Below are positions 62,996 to 64,000 of a DNA stretch of 64,000 bases, in pieces. The position numbers were made by a program, and so were the translations under genes. The notes under the pieces were generated by a model. That model was not told where the DNA came from. It saw only the letters and a program-made list of their open reading frames with translations, and did not search any database. Location: NCBI GenBank assembly GCA_951406725.2, contig OX597838.1, positions 41,168,001 to 41,232,000 on the forward strand. Direction: 5' to 3'. The stretch comes from Octopus vulgaris. Its lineage: Eukaryota. Numbering within the stretch: position 1 is the first letter of the stretch; each line of letters opens with the position of its first letter.

Positions 62996-63205
62996 TTGTA
63001 TGTATATAATGTGTATATATGTCTATGTATGTTCATATATATACATATGTATATATATGTATATATATATATATATATCTATGTATATATACATATAAAT
63101 ATATATATGTGTATATATGCATATATATGTATATATATGTATGTATATATATATGTATGTATATATGTATGTATATATATATATGTATATATGTATATAT
63201 ATATG

Positions 63206-63236
<31 letters not shown>

Positions 63237-63271
63237 ATATGTATGTATGTATGTATGTATATATGTATGTA

Positions 63272-63320
<49 letters not shown>

Positions 63321-63440
63321 ATATGTATGTATGTATATATGTATGTATATATGTATGTATATATGTATGTATATATATATGTATGTTTTTTTTATATATA
63401 TATGTATGTATATATGTATGTATATATGTTTATATATATA

Positions 63441-63484
<44 letters not shown>

Positions 63485-63515
63485 TATGTAAGTATATATA
63501 TATATGTATATATAT
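62996..63515. repeat. Compound (TA)n/(TATG)n microsatellite
   Basis: Direct reading. Confidence 0.95.
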
Positions 63516-63827
63516 AAACAAAAGAAGGAAATACGGAGTAGCAGTCAGAGGTAAGAGAGCAGAATAACTGGAGTTATTGCTAGATGTACTTTGTAGAACC
63601 AGGAAGAACAATCCAATATCAGCTTTTGCCCTTACCCTCCTCTCCGTGTCGTCAACTTTATTGACTTATCACCATCGTCATCGTCGTCATGGTTTCCTGT
63701 GTACTTTTCCAAGAGGATGTCTGCGTGTGCTCGTGATTACACGGGGACAGAAAGCAACTGGAGAAAGCATAGCACAAGCTTCCAGTTCAATATTCGTTTG
63801 CGAGCGAAAGTTATAGAAACACGTGCA

Positions 63828-64000
63828 TCTTTATATATAAAAGTCAAGTTGTGTGTCTGTCTGTCTCCTACGATTTAGATTCCTAACTATTCCCACATTT
63901 TGCGGTGCAGTTTAACCAAAACCGGGTATCTTATAGTCGTGATTCATATCGAGCCCTTCTGGGTATTAGCGCGCGTCTACGATGAGTCTACAATTTAAAA
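63828..64000 (+). mobile_element. Non-autonomous Helitron (same family, runs off window end)
   Basis: A|TCTTTATATATAAAAG start, near-identical to the 30918 copy. Confidence 0.85.

Noticed and set aside
57568-63567. Long ORFs such as MYVCMYVC..., YIHTYIHT... and poly-E/K/L/F
   Set aside because: Translations of microsatellites, no coding evidence
63516-63820. Possible first exon or promoter of the chitin-binding gene
   Set aside because: The minus-strand ATG frame near 63690 stops quickly and no convincing signal-peptide exon with a phase-1 donor was found

Overview
AT-rich, repeat-dense animal genomic DNA, most likely a coleoid cephalopod (Octopus-like tRNA-derived SINEs and abundant TA/TG/TATG microsatellites; the taxon is inferred). 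Two protein-coding genes are supported. (1) On the + strand, the last 15 coding exons (4862-45855, 1156 aa in the window, phase-consistent GT-AG introns) of an eIF4E-transporter (4E-T/EIF4ENIF1) ortholog with large Q/H/N-rich expansions; its 5' end lies upstream of the window. (2) On the - strand, a terminal exon (58895-59640) encoding a peritrophin-A/ChtBD2 chitin-binding domain followed by an N/G/P/W/R-rich tail. The rest is introns and intergenic DNA filled with SINEs, Penelope-like, CR1 and RTE relics, Helitrons, hAT-, piggyBac- and Tc1-like MITEs, and simple repeats. The most notable unexplained structure is a set of hammerhead-ribozyme-like motifs: one apparently intact type I hammerhead in sense orientation in a 4E-T intron (5458-5513) and several minimal or decayed Penelope-type copies. 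Also notable are a 180-bp intronic palindrome, 67-bp hairpin-repeat arrays, a Pumilio-site minisatellite in the 4E-T 3'UTR, and a MITE that may supply the poly(A) signal of the chitin-binding gene. All structures were paired by eye; no searches or folding programs were run.
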